64,000 bases of DNA from Octopus sinensis (Eukaryota). Positions 1-14,200 of this stretch are shown in pieces. The first letter of the stretch is position 1, and each line of letters begins with the position of its first letter. The stretch spans positions 31,062,001-31,126,000 of the forward strand of contig NC_043008.1 in assembly GCF_006345805.1 (NCBI RefSeq), read 5' to 3'. The translations under genes and the position numbers were made by a program. Under the pieces are notes generated by a model, which was not told the DNA's origin, made no database searches, and worked only from the letters and a program-made list of their open reading frames with translations.

Positions 1-690
1 TGTATTGAAAGTGTTTTGCGTAGGATGTGTGCAGTGCCCAGTAGTGTAATTTCATGTATGTTGTATATATTTGTAAGTCCTGGTGTTTTTGTTATGTATT
101 TGTCTGAATATTTTTTTTATCATACCTAATGCGCCTACTATGAGAGGAATTGTTTCTGTTTTTAGATTCCACATTCGAGTTACCTCTATTTCCAGGTTTT
201 GTATTTTGAAAGTTTCTCCATTTCTTTTAGAGAAACGTTGTCATCTGCTGGTATTGATATATCAATTAAAAAGCAATTTTTCTTCGTGTTCTCTGACAAT
301 TATATCTGGCCTATTGGCCTTAATTTCTCTATCTGTGTGTATTGGCATATCCCAGAGTATGGTTGCTTTCTCGTTTTCTGTGACCTTTTCTGGTGTGTGC
401 CTATACCATCTTTTTTCTGTTGTTATTCCATAATGTTGGCATAGCTTCCAGTGTATGTAGGTCCCAACTCTGTCGTGTCTGTGAATATATTCATTCTTAG
501 CCAGGACTGGGCAGCCAGAGATAATATGATTTCTTGTTTCTTGTCCATCTCCACATATTCTGCAGTTACTTGTTATGTTTCTTTTCATTATATGTTTTTG
601 GTAATTTCTGGTGGGGAGGCTTTGGTCTTGTGCTGCAATTAAAAATCCTTAAGTCTCTGTTAGACTATTTTCTTTAGCCAATACATCATA
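1..690 (-). mobile_element. R4/Dong-like (restriction-like endonuclease) non-LTR retrotransposon, 5'-truncated, frameshifted 3' end of ORF
   Basis: Minus strand reads GFLIAAQDQSLPTRNYQKHIM..CRICGDGQETRNHIISGC (CCHC) ..RHD..NRPDII; after a frameshift LIDISIPADDNVSLKEMEKLSKYK..LGTAHILRKTLSI, typical of the R4/Dong C-terminus. Confidence 0.9.
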
Positions 691-713
691 GACGCTTATT
701 ATTATTATTGTTA

Positions 714-909
714 AGACGGCGAGCTGACAGAAACGTTAGCACGCCATCGAAATGCTTAGCAGTATTTCGCCTGTCGCTACGTTCTGATTTCAAATTTCCC
801 CGAGATCGACTTTTCCTTTCCTCCTTTCGGGGTCGATAAATTAAGTACCAGTGAAGTACTGGCGTCAATGAAATTGACTTACCCCATCTCGCAAAATTTC
901 AAGCCTTGT
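714..909 (+). mobile_element. SINE family A (GGCGAGCTGGCAGAAACGTTAGC... type)
   Basis: Same sequence recurs at 5.1, 5.3, 15.0, 26.1, 53.2 and 54.8 kb; shared core GTCGACTTTGCCTTTCATCCTTTCGGGGTCGATAAATTAAGTACCAG. Confidence 0.85.
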
Positions 910-927
910 ATTATTATTATTATTATA

Positions 928-984
<57 letters not shown>
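910..984. repeat. (ATT)n microsatellite
   Basis: Direct reading. Confidence 0.98.
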
Positions 985-987
985 GAT

Positions 988-2640
988 GAAGGCGAGCTGA
1001 CAAAATCGTTAGAATGTCGAGTAAGGTGAAGCGAAAAAGGTACTTTTTACACAAATTTTCGAAATATGTATTTAAGAATATATTATTTATTGCAAAACGT
1101 TTTAGAAATAACTGTATTAAAATCTGAAGTTCTTAAATTTACATTTTCAGGCTCCGCAGCCCCCCTTAGAATTTTGAATAATGAACGAAAAATCAATTTA
1201 TAACACTTTGACATTCCTCATTCTATATTTTACATACATTGTTACATTCATTGATTTTCTTCTGCTAAAATGTTTAAAAACAAGTGTTAAAATCTCAAGC
1301 TCTAAAATTTATATCTTTAGGTTCCGCACTGAAATTGAAATTTCGAAATTATCTGAAAAATAGACTTTTCGACTTCGTTTTCTTTATTATTTCTAATACT
1401 AGGTCACCTAATATATATGTGTTACATGAGGTCTAGATTATACACACATTAAAATAAATTGAACAAATTGTCAATATTGTGGCAGAAAAGTTAATTCTTC
1501 TTTGGCAAAAGACATCTGTCCCTTGAGTTACGATTGAGTCAGTTAATCCGAAAATTTTAATCTTTCCTTTGCTGACGTAGAAGGGCGACTGTGATGAACG
1601 TTCTGCTGGATCTATTCCGCCAATGATCATTTTTCGATATGTCCGGTAAAAGATCTTCTCCCTGTGGTACTTTTTGTCTCTACTGCAACTATATTTTTTA
1701 AGGGAGTTGCACTTCCAACAGGAAATGTTAAATAAACCATTTGTTGCATTGTTTTTAAACACATAACACTTTGTTTGAAATGATGGCACATTTTTTCTAT
1801 TTTTCACAGATTTTAGTAATGCTTGGTACTTTAGATAAAAGTTTAAGATTGTTGGTTTAAATGACTCAGTCGTAACACAAGGGATGGATACCTTTTGGTA
1901 AAGAAGAATGATATTTTCTGCTACAATCTTGACAATTTGTTTAATTGAAGGATCTTTCTTTACATTCTTTTCTTTTTTCGTTTAAATAAAACACATTTTT
2001 GTACGTCATTGTAAGTTGGCAAAACTCTCACGCTAAGATCACATGGAACACCAAATATTGGGTGTTCAGTATCATTACATGTTATTGGCTTATGAGTCAT
2101 CACTAAATGTAAACAACACTAAATTTAACGCGGTCATTAATTTTAATACACTGGCCTTTAGTCAAGGTATAAAGCAGAAAACTTCACACACGTATCACGT
2201 ACGTCCACACGCAAAGTTCTCTTTATAGTCAATGCGGAACCTCAAGATATTGAAACTAGATATGCAGCCTCTTAAGGATATTATATTTACTGTTTTGCAT
2301 TCTGCTATGTAGAAATATGCATTTGTTACGGCTTATAATCCATGAAATCCATAATTCCACAAAAAATAACGATTTTAAAAATTTTCATTTGCGGAACGTA
2401 AAAAACCGCAAAGTTCTTTTAATTCACCTTTCTTTTAATTCTAATTCGCAACAATTCGAATCTTGGTTACCAATTTCGTAAGTTACATTTTTTGCTTTAC
2501 CCTAATGCCGAGTAAAATGCCTGACGAGATTTTGTCCATCTTCACGTTCTGTGTTCAATTGCCGCCGAAACTGACTTTGCCTTTCATCCTCTAGGAGTCA
2601 GTATGTACCAGAAATTGCTGGCCTTGTGCCAAAATTTTTA
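988..2640 (+). mobile_element. SINE family A copy split by the DNA transposon at 1022-2504 (pieces 988-1021 and 2505-2640)
   Basis: GGCGAGCTGACAAAATCGTTAGAATGTCGAG resumes as ATGCCGAGTAAAATGC...GACTTTGCCTTTCATCC after the insertion. Confidence 0.8.
1022..2504 (-). mobile_element. Non-autonomous hAT-type (hATm-like) DNA transposon with N-terminal transposase remnant
   Basis: Imperfect TIRs TAAGGTGAAGCGAAAAAGGTA / TAGGGTAAAGCAAAAAATGTA (17/21); 8-bp TSD ATGTCGAG (1014-1021) / ATGCCGAG (2505-2512); minus strand from ATG 2100 reads HPIFGVPCDLSVRVLPTYNDV..IKQIVKIVAENIILLYQKVSIPCV..LFNISCWKC..RKMIIGGID. hATm assignment is from recalled family motifs. Confidence 0.8.
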
Positions 2641-2995
<355 letters not shown>

Positions 2996-3002
2996 AGGTT
3001 GT

Positions 3003-3120
3003 TTAACGCTTTAGCATTCAGATTACCCTGTCAAATGTAATACTTATTTATTCACATTGTTTTGAATTAATTATGCATTATCTCATGACTTCAATATTTC
3101 AAAGATCTGGCTGCATATTT
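3003..3120. mobile_element. Fragment of a TTAA-terminated MITE-like repeat
   Basis: Starts TTAACGCTTTAGCATTCAG, resembling piggyBac-type TTAA-CCC termini; other end not found. Confidence 0.4.
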
Positions 3121-3987
3121 TTTCACCCTCAGGAATCTAATTTCAGGCATACTTTGCTCCGGACGTTGCTCCAATAATAATAGGTATGAAGTCGAAAGTG
3201 CACTTTGAGTACCGGATTTACTAACTCCTTATCAATGGCCCAAAGATATCTTTTCTCCTGTATTTTTTAACCACATTGGTGTACAGAGGGCGGCTGATTT
3301 CCGCAGCAGAACATATTATTTTCATGTATGTATGTATGTATGTATATCTTGCTTGGGGTTACTTCTGTATAACGTTATTTTGTTTTCATATAGGAATTTG
3401 GACAGTGATTTTCAGTGGACATTCGTGGCAATTCGAGAATGAAGAAGGCATAACACGTGATTCAATATGTCGCCAGTATTTTGTCAGTTGCCATGGAAGG
3501 AGATAGACATCGAGCACTTCAAACTGTGTTTGTGAGTCGATCTTAGTTTTGGATTTTTTTTTGTTTGTTTGTTTTTTTATTTTATCAGAGTGGGGTAGTT
3601 TAAATCAACCCACATAGAATGAATTGGAATAAGATCTTTGTAGGAAATTTGCAGATCAAAAATCGATCGAAACGTAATGTACATGTTATTCAAAGGTTTT
3701 TCATCTTTAACGATTATTTACGAAAAATTATAATCGCATATATTCGTGCATGCGTGCATGTGTGCATGTGTGTGTGTTCGCGCGCGTGTGTGTAGTAAAA
3801 ATATATATCCAAAGTAGTCTGGGCGGTAATCCAATGAAGAGTTCAAAGTTGAAGTTCCGAGGTCGAATCCATTTCCATTAAAACGTTAAGTTAACACCGT
3901 ATTTGCTAAACACTGTCCCCGTTGTGCAGTCTATCTTTTTTATTGTTCATTGTACTTACACTATATATATGTGCATGTATGTGTGTG

Positions 3988-4035
<48 letters not shown>

Positions 4036-4151
4036 CACTCTTTTACTCTTTTACTTGTTTCAGTCATTTGACTGTGGCCGTGTTTATGCGTATATATATG
4101 TATGCATACGTATACATGTGTGTATACATGTTTATGCATAAATAAACGTGT

Positions 4152-4182
<31 letters not shown>

Positions 4183-5059
4183 GAGGAGGAGGAGGAGGAG
4201 GAGGAGGTGAAGGATGAAGAGGAGGAGTATGGTTGTGGTGGTGGTGGTGGTTGTGGTGGTGGCAGCACTACCACTACCACCTTCACCACTACCAGAGGCA
4301 GAAGCAAGTTTTTATCGCTTGCACAAAGAGAGCATTGGCGATTGCTTTACTTGTAGCGTAGGCTTATGTTGCTTATAATTACGTTTGTGACTCTGTGTTT
4401 GTGAGAGAGGGAGGGGGGAAGAGAGAGAGACGGATAGATAGAAGGGGATAGACAGAAAGAGAGAGTGTGTGTGTGTGTGTGTATATTTGATACATATTTC
4501 TTGTTTTGTCAGTGATAACTTCTTCGTACCGAGTCCATTGGGTGGTGATGAAAGGATTAATAATATAAACTCCGTTGATATTGCCTGATTGTTTGATGTC
4601 TGCTTGTAACTTATTTTATAGCCTCTTTTTGACATTATATCGTAGTCGGACAACATATTAGATTAGCTTTGATTTTTAGAAAATTCTGTAACATTGTTGG
4701 TTATCTCAATAACACTTTTAAAACTATTAAAGAGCTAGGGACAGACTATGTATGAGGGTTATACTTGCTCTATATTATTACAAAACTTAAATAAATGTTG
4801 TTGGCATTGAATGTTTTCAAGCATTGTATCAGACATAGCACTCTGGTTAAAAGGTTAGTCGCAAGGAAGACTGTGTGCATAAGAAGCATTGTTTCGCATC
4901 TTACTCATTCCGGGTTCGATCTACTCTGTGGCACCTTGAACAAATGTCTTTTATTGTAGTCTCGAGTGGACCGAAAGCTTTGTAAAGAGAAATGGATAAC
5001 CAAAAACTCTGTGGAAGGTGGTCACTGGAACCAATCTCACAACACCTGAAATGATCAAC

Positions 5060-5278
5060 TTCTCTGGTAGAATCGTTGGCACGTCTTGCAGCATTTCACC
5101 TGTCTTTACATTCTGACTTCAAATTCCGCTGAGGTCGACTTTGCCTTTCATTCTTTCGGGGTCGATAAATTAAGTACCAGTGTTGTTATCATTATTGTTG
5201 TTGTTGTTGTTGTTGTTATTGTTGCTGTTATTGTTGCTGTTGTTGCTGCTGCTGCTGTTGTTGTTGTTGTTGTTGTTG

Positions 5279-5327
<49 letters not shown>

Positions 5328-5550
5328 AGCGGCGAGCTGACAGAATCATTAGCACCCCGGGCAAAAATGCTAAGCGGTATTTTGTCTATCTTTACATTCT
5401 GAGTCCAAATTCCACCCAAATCGACTTTGCCTTTCATCCATTCAGGCTCAATAAAATAAGTACTAGTTACGCACTGGGGTTGACGTAATTGACTATCACC
5501 CTCCCCCAAAATTCCAGGCCTTGTGGCTATAGTAGGAAAGATTACTATAA
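5060..5550 (+). mobile_element. Two SINE family A copies (5060-5182, 5326-5550) separated by a (GTT/GCT/ATT)n compound microsatellite
   Basis: Match to 714-909 and 26114-26345. Confidence 0.85.
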
Positions 5551-6193
5551 TTAGAAGTTGTTGTTGTTGTTGCTACTGGTGTTGTTGTATTTTAGCCAGG
5601 CGAGCAGCCAGTGCTTATGGAACATCACAGGCCCTCCGAGGCTGGTGGGGGCAAGGAAGGTATCCTCAAACCAGAGACCAGACCAATGCTAGCATTTAGA
5701 CCTTATTTAAGTAGTAGACTTATACTTCTAATGTCAGGACCTGACCCCTCGGGTATTAAACCAGTTGATCAACTGAGTCTGCTACCGAAGTAGGCCATAG
5801 CAGGGTTTGAACGCTGAAGCAGAACGCAAAGGGTAGAACAAACAACACAAGGTATCCGGTAAGATATTTCTAAGGTTCCGTCAATTCACCACCCAAGCGT
5901 TAAAAATGTTTTATGAGCCACACATTAGAAGTATATAACGTTGGTATTATATTAAACTGTCGTACGTCCAAATTTGGTCAAATGCATTTTTTTTGCAATA
6001 TCTATTTTTGCTTGCAATAGCCAGTTCTTTTGGTCAAACTATCGTATCTCCAGCTGCTTCAGATGCCAAGATATCAAAAATTGCCAAATTGTATTAAAGT
6101 GGTTTTGTTATGGAATGGTGAAACTATTTTTTCTTTTACTGAAAATCGCTTTGGACTTACGACACTTTTACCTAAGGCATCGATATATGTGTG

Positions 6194-6340
<147 letters not shown>

Positions 6341-7079
6341 TATATTATGTATATATTCATAATGAATATCAATTCAACCCTCATGCTACGATGCTTTATT
6401 GCAAAGAAGCGGATGTTTTTTTTTTGTTTTGCTTTGTTTCTTGTTTTATTTTTTGATCTTGCATTTCTTCGTTCTGTTTTTGTTTAGCCTTTTTTTTTCT
6501 TTTTGGTGGGCGGGGGGGATTGATGGGATTTTTTAATCATATCTTCCTTTCATGTTTACCAGAACATATTCGAGTTATGAATCTAAATCTATTGACTATG
6601 ACTCTACCAGTATTACCATTATCAAAACTATGTATTCTAATTCATTGTCTTCTTTTCATAGCAATTTCCGGAAGTAGAGAAGAGATTCACGTAAAACAAT
6701 TTCGTTTTTGTCTTCATGCATTAAATATGAAGCGAGTTGCTTGCTGTTGTTTTGCCATTGTTGCTATTCTTTTATTATAACAGTTGTTGCAGCCCTGCTC
6801 CTGCCTCCACTACGCTTGTCATTGTTGTAACTGTTGTTTCGCCCGTGTTAGCCCTAATTGAACAGACTCATGTTCAAACGCATTCCGGTCGTATCTATCT
6901 CATATTTATCTTCGTCGTGGTCGTCGTCGTTGTTGTTTTTCTTGTTGTAGTTGTTGTTGTTGCTGCTGCTACTGCTGTTGTCTTCTTCTTCCAGTCAAGA
7001 CTCACGCCATTAGCCACAAAGAATAATCTCTAATTTGAGCCTACTCTAAGCTACTAAGAAACTGTGAGGCAACTTGAAG

Positions 7080-7419
7080 ATCCACCCACCACACGCGATA
7101 GACTGGCGGTTGAACGGGCGCGAAAGCTACGTTGTTATCCTGGGGTACAGAGGATTCGCAATCTAGACTAGTTTACCATACCATAGTGGGTTACACCATT
7201 GTTCCTCTGCTTTGTGGCAGAACTAGGAAGAAAGAGTGAGAGAAAGTTGTGGTGAAAGAGTACAGCAGGGTGCACCAAACACCCCCACCCCCGCCGGAGC
7301 ATCGTGGAGTTTAGTTGTTTTTGCTCAATAAACACTCACAATGCCTGGTCTGGGAATTGAAACCGCGTTCTTACGACCGCAAGTCCTCTGCCCTAACCAC
7401 TGGGCCACTGCGCCTCCAC
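7080..7419 (-). mobile_element. tRNA-derived SINE family C
   Basis: Minus strand head GTGGAGGCGCAGTGGCCCAGTGGTTAGGGCAG...GGTTTCAATTCCC has pol III A/B-box-like motifs; relative at 55227-55495. May correspond to a published octopus SINE family (not verified). Confidence 0.8.
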
Positions 7420-8026
7420 TGTTGCTATTGTTGTTTCGGTGGTCAGACCTAACTTTAAAAGAATTTCAGCATTTCATTCTTTGTGTATGTAGGGCTACAT
7501 TAACGAAAAAGTTCTTTCTTTAGATGTGATGTGTTTGTCAATAGAAAAGATCTATGTAAAAAAATAAAGGGAGAAAGAGAAAAAAGTGCTGGTTAAGTTC
7601 AAAAGGAATTCACTCCTCGTGGCATAGTTTCGATTTACATCAATGGACAAATTTCCGTTGCACTTTCTTTTCACTGTAAAAGTTCTTGGAGGAAAAAGAT
7701 AACCTCCATAACTTCTTGTTCCTATTTATCAATCCTTCCGCTTTCCGACTTCTACAGAAAACACATGTATGATCATAACATACAAACAAATATGCACACA
7801 TAAGCATATACATATATGTATGTGTGTGATTGAACATGCTTGAGAATCCACGTGAGTATATGTGTATATGTCTTTCTGTTTGTCAATTTGTATGTATGTA
7901 TGTATGAATGTATGTTTGTATGTATGTATGTATGTATGTATGTATGTATGTATGTATGTATGCATGCATGTATCTATGTGTAGCAGATAGCAGATTTGAG
8001 CTTTCAGCATCCTTGTCTGCAGTTAA

Positions 8027-8552
8027 CCCCTTGACAACGGTTGACGCAAATATGCGATCACGCTTTTGCTTGCCTACCCGCGGTTAACGTGAAATATATA
8101 ATGTAGAGCTGCCTTACATCTATCACGGACTTTTTAGCGGGTGACGTATGTTTACGTTCGCTATCGTGTATTTTATCTCTTGAGGTGCGCCTGCTCGCCG
8201 TCCCGTGCATTATCTTAGCTATTTTAGGATACGTTCAAGTCATGTGACTAGCAGTAGACCAATGATGTGCGGATACTTTACATGCATAATACCATGTTTT
8301 GAGTTGTACCACACGCAAGCTACTTTTTTAACTTGAGCGGAAATAACTCGTGCATATCAAATTATGATAAATAGTTTCACATGGTCCGTTTTCATAAACC
8401 GGTAGACGTAAATATACGACGCTATGTTATTGTAACGGTGAAAGTGAATAGACGCGAGCTCGTTGACACTTGTGTGTTTGTGTTGCCTCATTAGGTAAAA
8501 AAGAAACCGGAGCAGTGTCTCGCATGCTTCGGGTAATACCGGCGTCAAGGGG
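8027..8552. mobile_element. piggyBac-type MITE
   Basis: TTAA at 8023-8026 and 8553-8556; TIR CCCCTTGACaaCGGT / CCCCTTGACgcCGGT (13/15); non-coding interior. Confidence 0.8.
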
Positions 8553-9030
8553 TTAAACCCGCTTACAATTGACATTACCTATGTTACATCCCTGAACATC
8601 ACGTCTGCTCGTGTATTTTGCAACCAATCGTATTTGGCGTCGGTTTGATAATCACTTACAAATAAGGAAACTATTTTAGTTTTTGCGCCAATACAAGCTT
8701 ATAAGAATCCTTGATCTCGGCTGTTTTTAGGAATACTCTTGTTTGTGATCGGAGGCTATGCACCATTTCGGTTATAAAACTCTTGTCAGTTCTCTCTCGG
8801 CATTTTAACTATACATTATTTCAGTGAACAGGTATTTCATTCTGATATCTGATGGCAACAAGTCTTCTCAGATTTCAAAAATCTTTCTTAGCATTCATAC
8901 AGAATATAAAATGGTATTTTTCTGGAGGTCGACAATGCGAGTTTCACTTTAAGTCTCTTTCAATCTTTTAGGTGATATTTTCTATGTTGTGCTAAGTGCA
9001 CCACTCACTACAGGAATAACTGTTGTCTTT

Positions 9031-9048
9031 GATTATTATTATTATTAT

Positions 9049-9106
<58 letters not shown>

Positions 9107-9176
9107 GGTGGTGGTGGTGGTGGTGGTGGTGGTGGTGGTGGTGGTGGTGTTATCATTATTATCATTATTATTATTA

Positions 9177-9247
<71 letters not shown>
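9031..9247. repeat. (ATT)(GTT)(GGT)(ATT) compound microsatellite
   Basis: Direct reading. Confidence 0.98.
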
Positions 9248-9749
9248 GAGTGAGAGAGCAGTGCATGCCATCAAAGTGACACTGGGGTAAAATATACGAA
9301 GCCCAATATACCCATCATGACTACCTGTCTGATAAGAGTACACCAGGCACATGCATCACAACCATATCTGCGCGACATGGTGATCTCATATCAAGATAAA
9401 CAGCACGTGACCTTGCAGGAGAGGCCCAGTTAAAATTTTATTCAAGTCGAGTGGCCCATCCCGCTCAAAAGGTCCCTGAATAAGGATTGTTTAAGGATGT
9501 TGAACGAAACACACATTTGATGCTCCCCCACTTCTTCTGCTCGTGATCAGAGATGCACATATTGTCAGCCACTAAGGGACATGCTCAAATAGTTAAGGTC
9601 AACAACCGACAAGCAAATCTGTGGTAGTGAGCAGAATATTTGCTGTAGCCTATTTTTTATGCCAAGACAAAACAACGTACATGATAACACTTCCAATCAG
9701 TTAAGATCAGAAGACATAGGAGCCACTGTCTGGTATTGCATCAGGGCAG

Positions 9750-9784
<35 letters not shown>

Positions 9785-10319
9785 ATAATAATAATAATAT
9801 TTTTATTATTATTATCATTGAGTGAGAGAGGAGTTCATGCCATCAAAGTGACACTGGGGTAAAATATACGAAGCCCAATATACCCATCATGACTACCCGT
9901 CTGATAAAGGTACATCAGGCACATGCATCACAACCATATGTGCGCGACATGGTGGTCTCGTATCAAGATAAACAGCACATGACCTTGCAGGTGGAGCCCA
10001 GTTACAATTTTATTCAAGTCGAGTAGTCCATCCCGCTCAAAAGGTCCCTGAATAAGGATTGTTTAAGGATGTTGAACGAAACACACATTTGATGCTCCCC
10101 CACTACTTCTGCTCGTGATCAGAGATGCACATATTGTCAGCCACTAAGGGACATGCTCAAATAGTTAAGGTCAACAACCGACAAGCAAATCTGTGGTAGT
10201 GAGCAGAATATTTGCTGTAGCCTATTTTTTATGCCAAGACAAAACAACGTACATGATAACACTTCCAATCAGTTAAGATCAGAAGCCACGGGAGCCACTG
10301 TCTGGTATTGCATCAGGGC

Positions 10320-10320
<1 letters not shown>
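9248..10320. mobile_element. Two tandem ~500-bp copies of repeat family D (9248-9748, 9820-10320) embedded in (ATT)n
   Basis: Direct alignment of the two copies; both ends abut (ATT)n tracts. Confidence 0.9.
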
Positions 10321-10381
<61 letters not shown>

Positions 10382-10914
10382 CAGCTGAGATTTTTCCTTT
10401 ATCATAATTATTAATTTGACAATTACGATGGTTCCACGAAGAAAAGGGATACCAACAGACGAGGATATTTTTAAATCTTTATGTATTCACGATTTGCAGA
10501 AAAAGCGTAATGTTAGAATGAGCATAATGCATCATTACTCAAGTTTTCTATGGTTACAGAAGGAAATAAAGCATAACAAACATATCATAACCTAAGGATA
10601 AAATTTAACTTAATTATAAATCGCGATCTAACGGGAATAATTCAAGTAGGCTAATTTCATGAATATAGATAATTCGAGTAGGTGGAGGTGATAGACTGAA
10701 TGACGTGTGTAAAACATTGTAATTAATCCAGATTTATCTATTTATTGAAGAAAGAAAACAAAGGCTTACTAGCAATTGATGGAGAGTCTTAAAGAAAGGG
10801 AAGAAAGTTTAAAGAAATTAAATGTTCGTTTTTATACAAAACTGGATTGGTTCAAGCAATGTTTAGGGGAAATTTGATCTTTGCAAACATTGAATGCTTA
10901 CATATTACTGTGAT

Positions 10915-11100
10915 AAGAAAGAAAGAAAGAAAGAAAAGAAAGAAGAAAGAAAGAAAGAAAGAAAGAAGGAAAGAAAGACAAGAAAAGACAAGAAAGAAAG
11001 AAAGAAACGAAATGAAACGAAACGAAACGAACAAAGAAGAAAAGAAAGAAAGGGAAGAAAGGCAAAAACAAACGAACAAACAAAAGTAAAAAAAAAACAA
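10915..11100. repeat. (AAAG)n-like purine tract
   Basis: Direct reading. Confidence 0.95.
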
Positions 11101-11209
11101 GAACACACACATTCTAATCTGCTAGTATGATAACATTAATGCAATTATCAAGAATATAAACTTGGAGAAGATGCAAGGATAAATACTTAAAAAAGAAAAT
11201 TATAATGAT

Positions 11210-14200
11210 ACTAATACTTTATTGGCCACAAGGGCCTCAAAGACATTTAGGCAAAGGGCAATATGAATTTACGTAAACACGTGTGAAGAATAAAGACAAT
11301 AACAATTAACAAGAGAATTGTAACAACACAATTACCCAATAGCGGGAAAAGGCCGGCCAAGGGTTAGCAAGGAACCCCACTGATCCCGAGGAACCCTGAT
11401 CACCAAGAGTGCCATAGCAAATACTCCTCTCTCTCTCTCTCTTTGGTACCTTTCAAATTACAGATACGTGCTTAGATTCGGTTCATTCGGGCCATCCTCG
11501 CTACAATCATCCACTTTTCGACAAATTTCTGGAGTGGAGGAAGCATCTTCCTCTCCGCACTGACTTTCCTTTCAAAGTGGAACTTCAAACAGTCGATAAG
11601 GGCTTGGCCGAAAATACCTCATTTAGTCTTTTCAGTCTCGCCTTCCGCACAACTGCTGCAATTGTTATGTTTTTCTATGTGCAGGCCCGGCTGACGGCAC
11701 TACTATACCTGTAGAGTTCGTCTCAAGCCAGCAATCTTCCCAGGCCAGGTCAAAGATATTTGGAAATTATTCATGGACCCTGGCTTAAAATTTTCCCAGA
11801 AAAGACAAGCCAGTTGATTCTAATTATCACTGAGTTTCGCCGTGGACGACGTCGCTCTTTCCCCGTAAACGTCGCACCACTAATTCTCTATAAAACACCA
11901 TAGAACTCATTACTCTTTTGACAGGCTTCTGTGAGCGTTTGACGATTCCCCACCCCCCGCAGCCAGGTACCCTGCTTCAGTCTACGCTTGATCCTGGACT
12001 ACAACAGACTAGCTGCTAAAAAATAAACGACATCTACACCTGCTCACCGCCAGGAAAACATTGGAGGAGAAGTAGTCTCAGCGCAGATTTGCATATCATT
12101 GGCCATTGCATGCCTAGTCCTCTCTATCAAGCAGATGTTTAAAGTAAATAAGTGATTTGACCAGTGCCCAACTGGCCGACCGCCCACAGAAAGTGGAAGA
12201 ACAAGCACTCCAGTCTAATCAGTCATGAAGCAGGACAAGACATGACAGTCAGTCGGTATTAGATGACGGCTGACGTAGGTACCCGCCACCGCCGCCTAAC
12301 CATTCAATGATAATTTCCTCTCAGCCTATTTATAGCTAAGACGAGCCACCCTACTCGTCATCTCTTCCCAGTTCTTGCCCCCCCCTCCCCGTAGGTCTGG
12401 ACCGAAACAAATTCCGAGCAATTTAACCTGTCTGTCCAGCACCTCGTGATGCTTTCGAATGGCATAGACCTGCTTCTCTGGATACCGAGTTACATTCCCG
12501 ACGACTGTTCCTGATTGATTTCTTTTCTACTGATATCGCCTAGTATTCGTTTTCAGTAGTGATGTATTTGATGTCCGATACTATTACGGTGACATCGTCC
12601 GCCAATGCAAACACAGATCTTCCGTATCCTCGTTCTCACGGCCTCCCTTCGAAACCTCCAAATTTGGCAGCATTGATCCTAGAATCAGTGCGAATAGGAG
12701 AGAGATGGGGTACTCATGACGGACGGAATGCATAGTATTGAACTCTTCCGACAGGTGACATTTTACTCTAACCACCGAACAGACAGAACAGATCGCTAAT
12801 TTGTGATCTATGTAGCCAATGATTTTTAAATATGGTCACTCTATGCTAGGTTTATCTATTGATCTTCAAAATACTCTATCTAGATAAGACCTGGGTGACC
12901 CGATGCTATATTCTCATGTCATCATTAGTGAAGTCGGGAAAACCAGTCGGTTGTCAAGCAGATGGAAACTTCTGAACAGGTTTACAAGGTTTTTCACCCA
13001 GCTCTCCTATTATATAGTCCTTTACAATCCAAACGTACTTCCAAGATGGCGTTCCAATCATCAACCAACATTAAGGAGAAGCCAGACTTTCTGAAGAAAA
13101 CCTCAAGACGCCTGGAGAAATCTGGTCTTCCTGCCCTTGTCGGTGCACAGATAGCTACTAGCCTGAAGGCACCACCTTCACTATAGCTCACATCCAGAAC
13201 CTCCAACTTACCGTCTGGATCCAGGTAGATCGACTATATCTGAAAGCTCACACCTTTCAGAGATCCATAGGTTACAAAGTCATCAAATATGGGTGCCTCA
13301 GCACGTTTGGTGGAAATTGTAATCTCGCTGAAAGTTATCATGTCTACAACTCTATTACCTGAGTTCATTGAAGAAGCAACTATTTTCCCCGAGTGACACC
13401 ACGCCACGTGGATTTATGAAATCTGGTGTTAAAAACCCTATTGGTAAGAAAAGGGGGAAGAAGAAAATACGGTTTTCTTTTTTCCTGGAGGCAATCGAAA
13501 TCCTGTAGTAGATTGTTTGAGGCCGTGACTCTGAGTTTCCCAAAGTCAAGTAAAAACATCTCTCTCTCACTCCCTCTCTTTCTTTCTCTCCCTCACTCAT
13601 TCTCTCACACTTTCTCTCTCTCTCTCACTCTCTCTTTCTCTCATTTTTTATATCTATCTACGGACTGCCTTACCAATTTTAGGTACTCAGGCACTTTCAC
13701 CATGGTTTTATTGACATCCTTCCCCTCTCTTTCTATGTTTCCACTTTGTACTAAGATAATTTATTCTTCTTCCTAGCACAAAGTTGGATCTAGGTACAAT
13801 TTTTTGTCGTTATTGTTATTATCGGTGGAGTAGTGTATTTTGTTGGTGTTGTTTTTGTTCTGGTTGTTGTTTGGTTTGCGTCTGACAGCTGGTTCTTCTC
13901 TTGTGTGTTCGTTGTTGCTTCGTCTGCTTGTTTTCTTTTTGTTGCTGTTAGTGGACATGGTAATAGTGAAGGTGCACTTATTATGAATTCAACGTTGTCT
14001 GAGGTCGGCGTGAAGTTGGTGTTGTGTTGTGCTTTGTTCCTTTTCCTTTATCTTTTCTTAACCTATTCTTCTCATTACCAGAGACATGATCAGAAAACTC
14101 TGATAAGGACTAGGGGAAAGATATGTTTTCTTGTGCGTGTCCGTGTTTGGGCATGTAGAAGGCGGGAATAGAGTCAAGAGGATAGAGAGCTGTGTTGGGA

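Noticed and set aside
7370-7419. tRNA-like sequence on the minus strand
   Set aside because: It is the head of a SINE and continues into SINE body; no complete cloverleaf could be drawn.
10280-10320. Possible HDV-like ribozyme at the end of repeat D
   Set aside because: No consistent P3/L3 pairing, and the candidate loop differs between the two copies.
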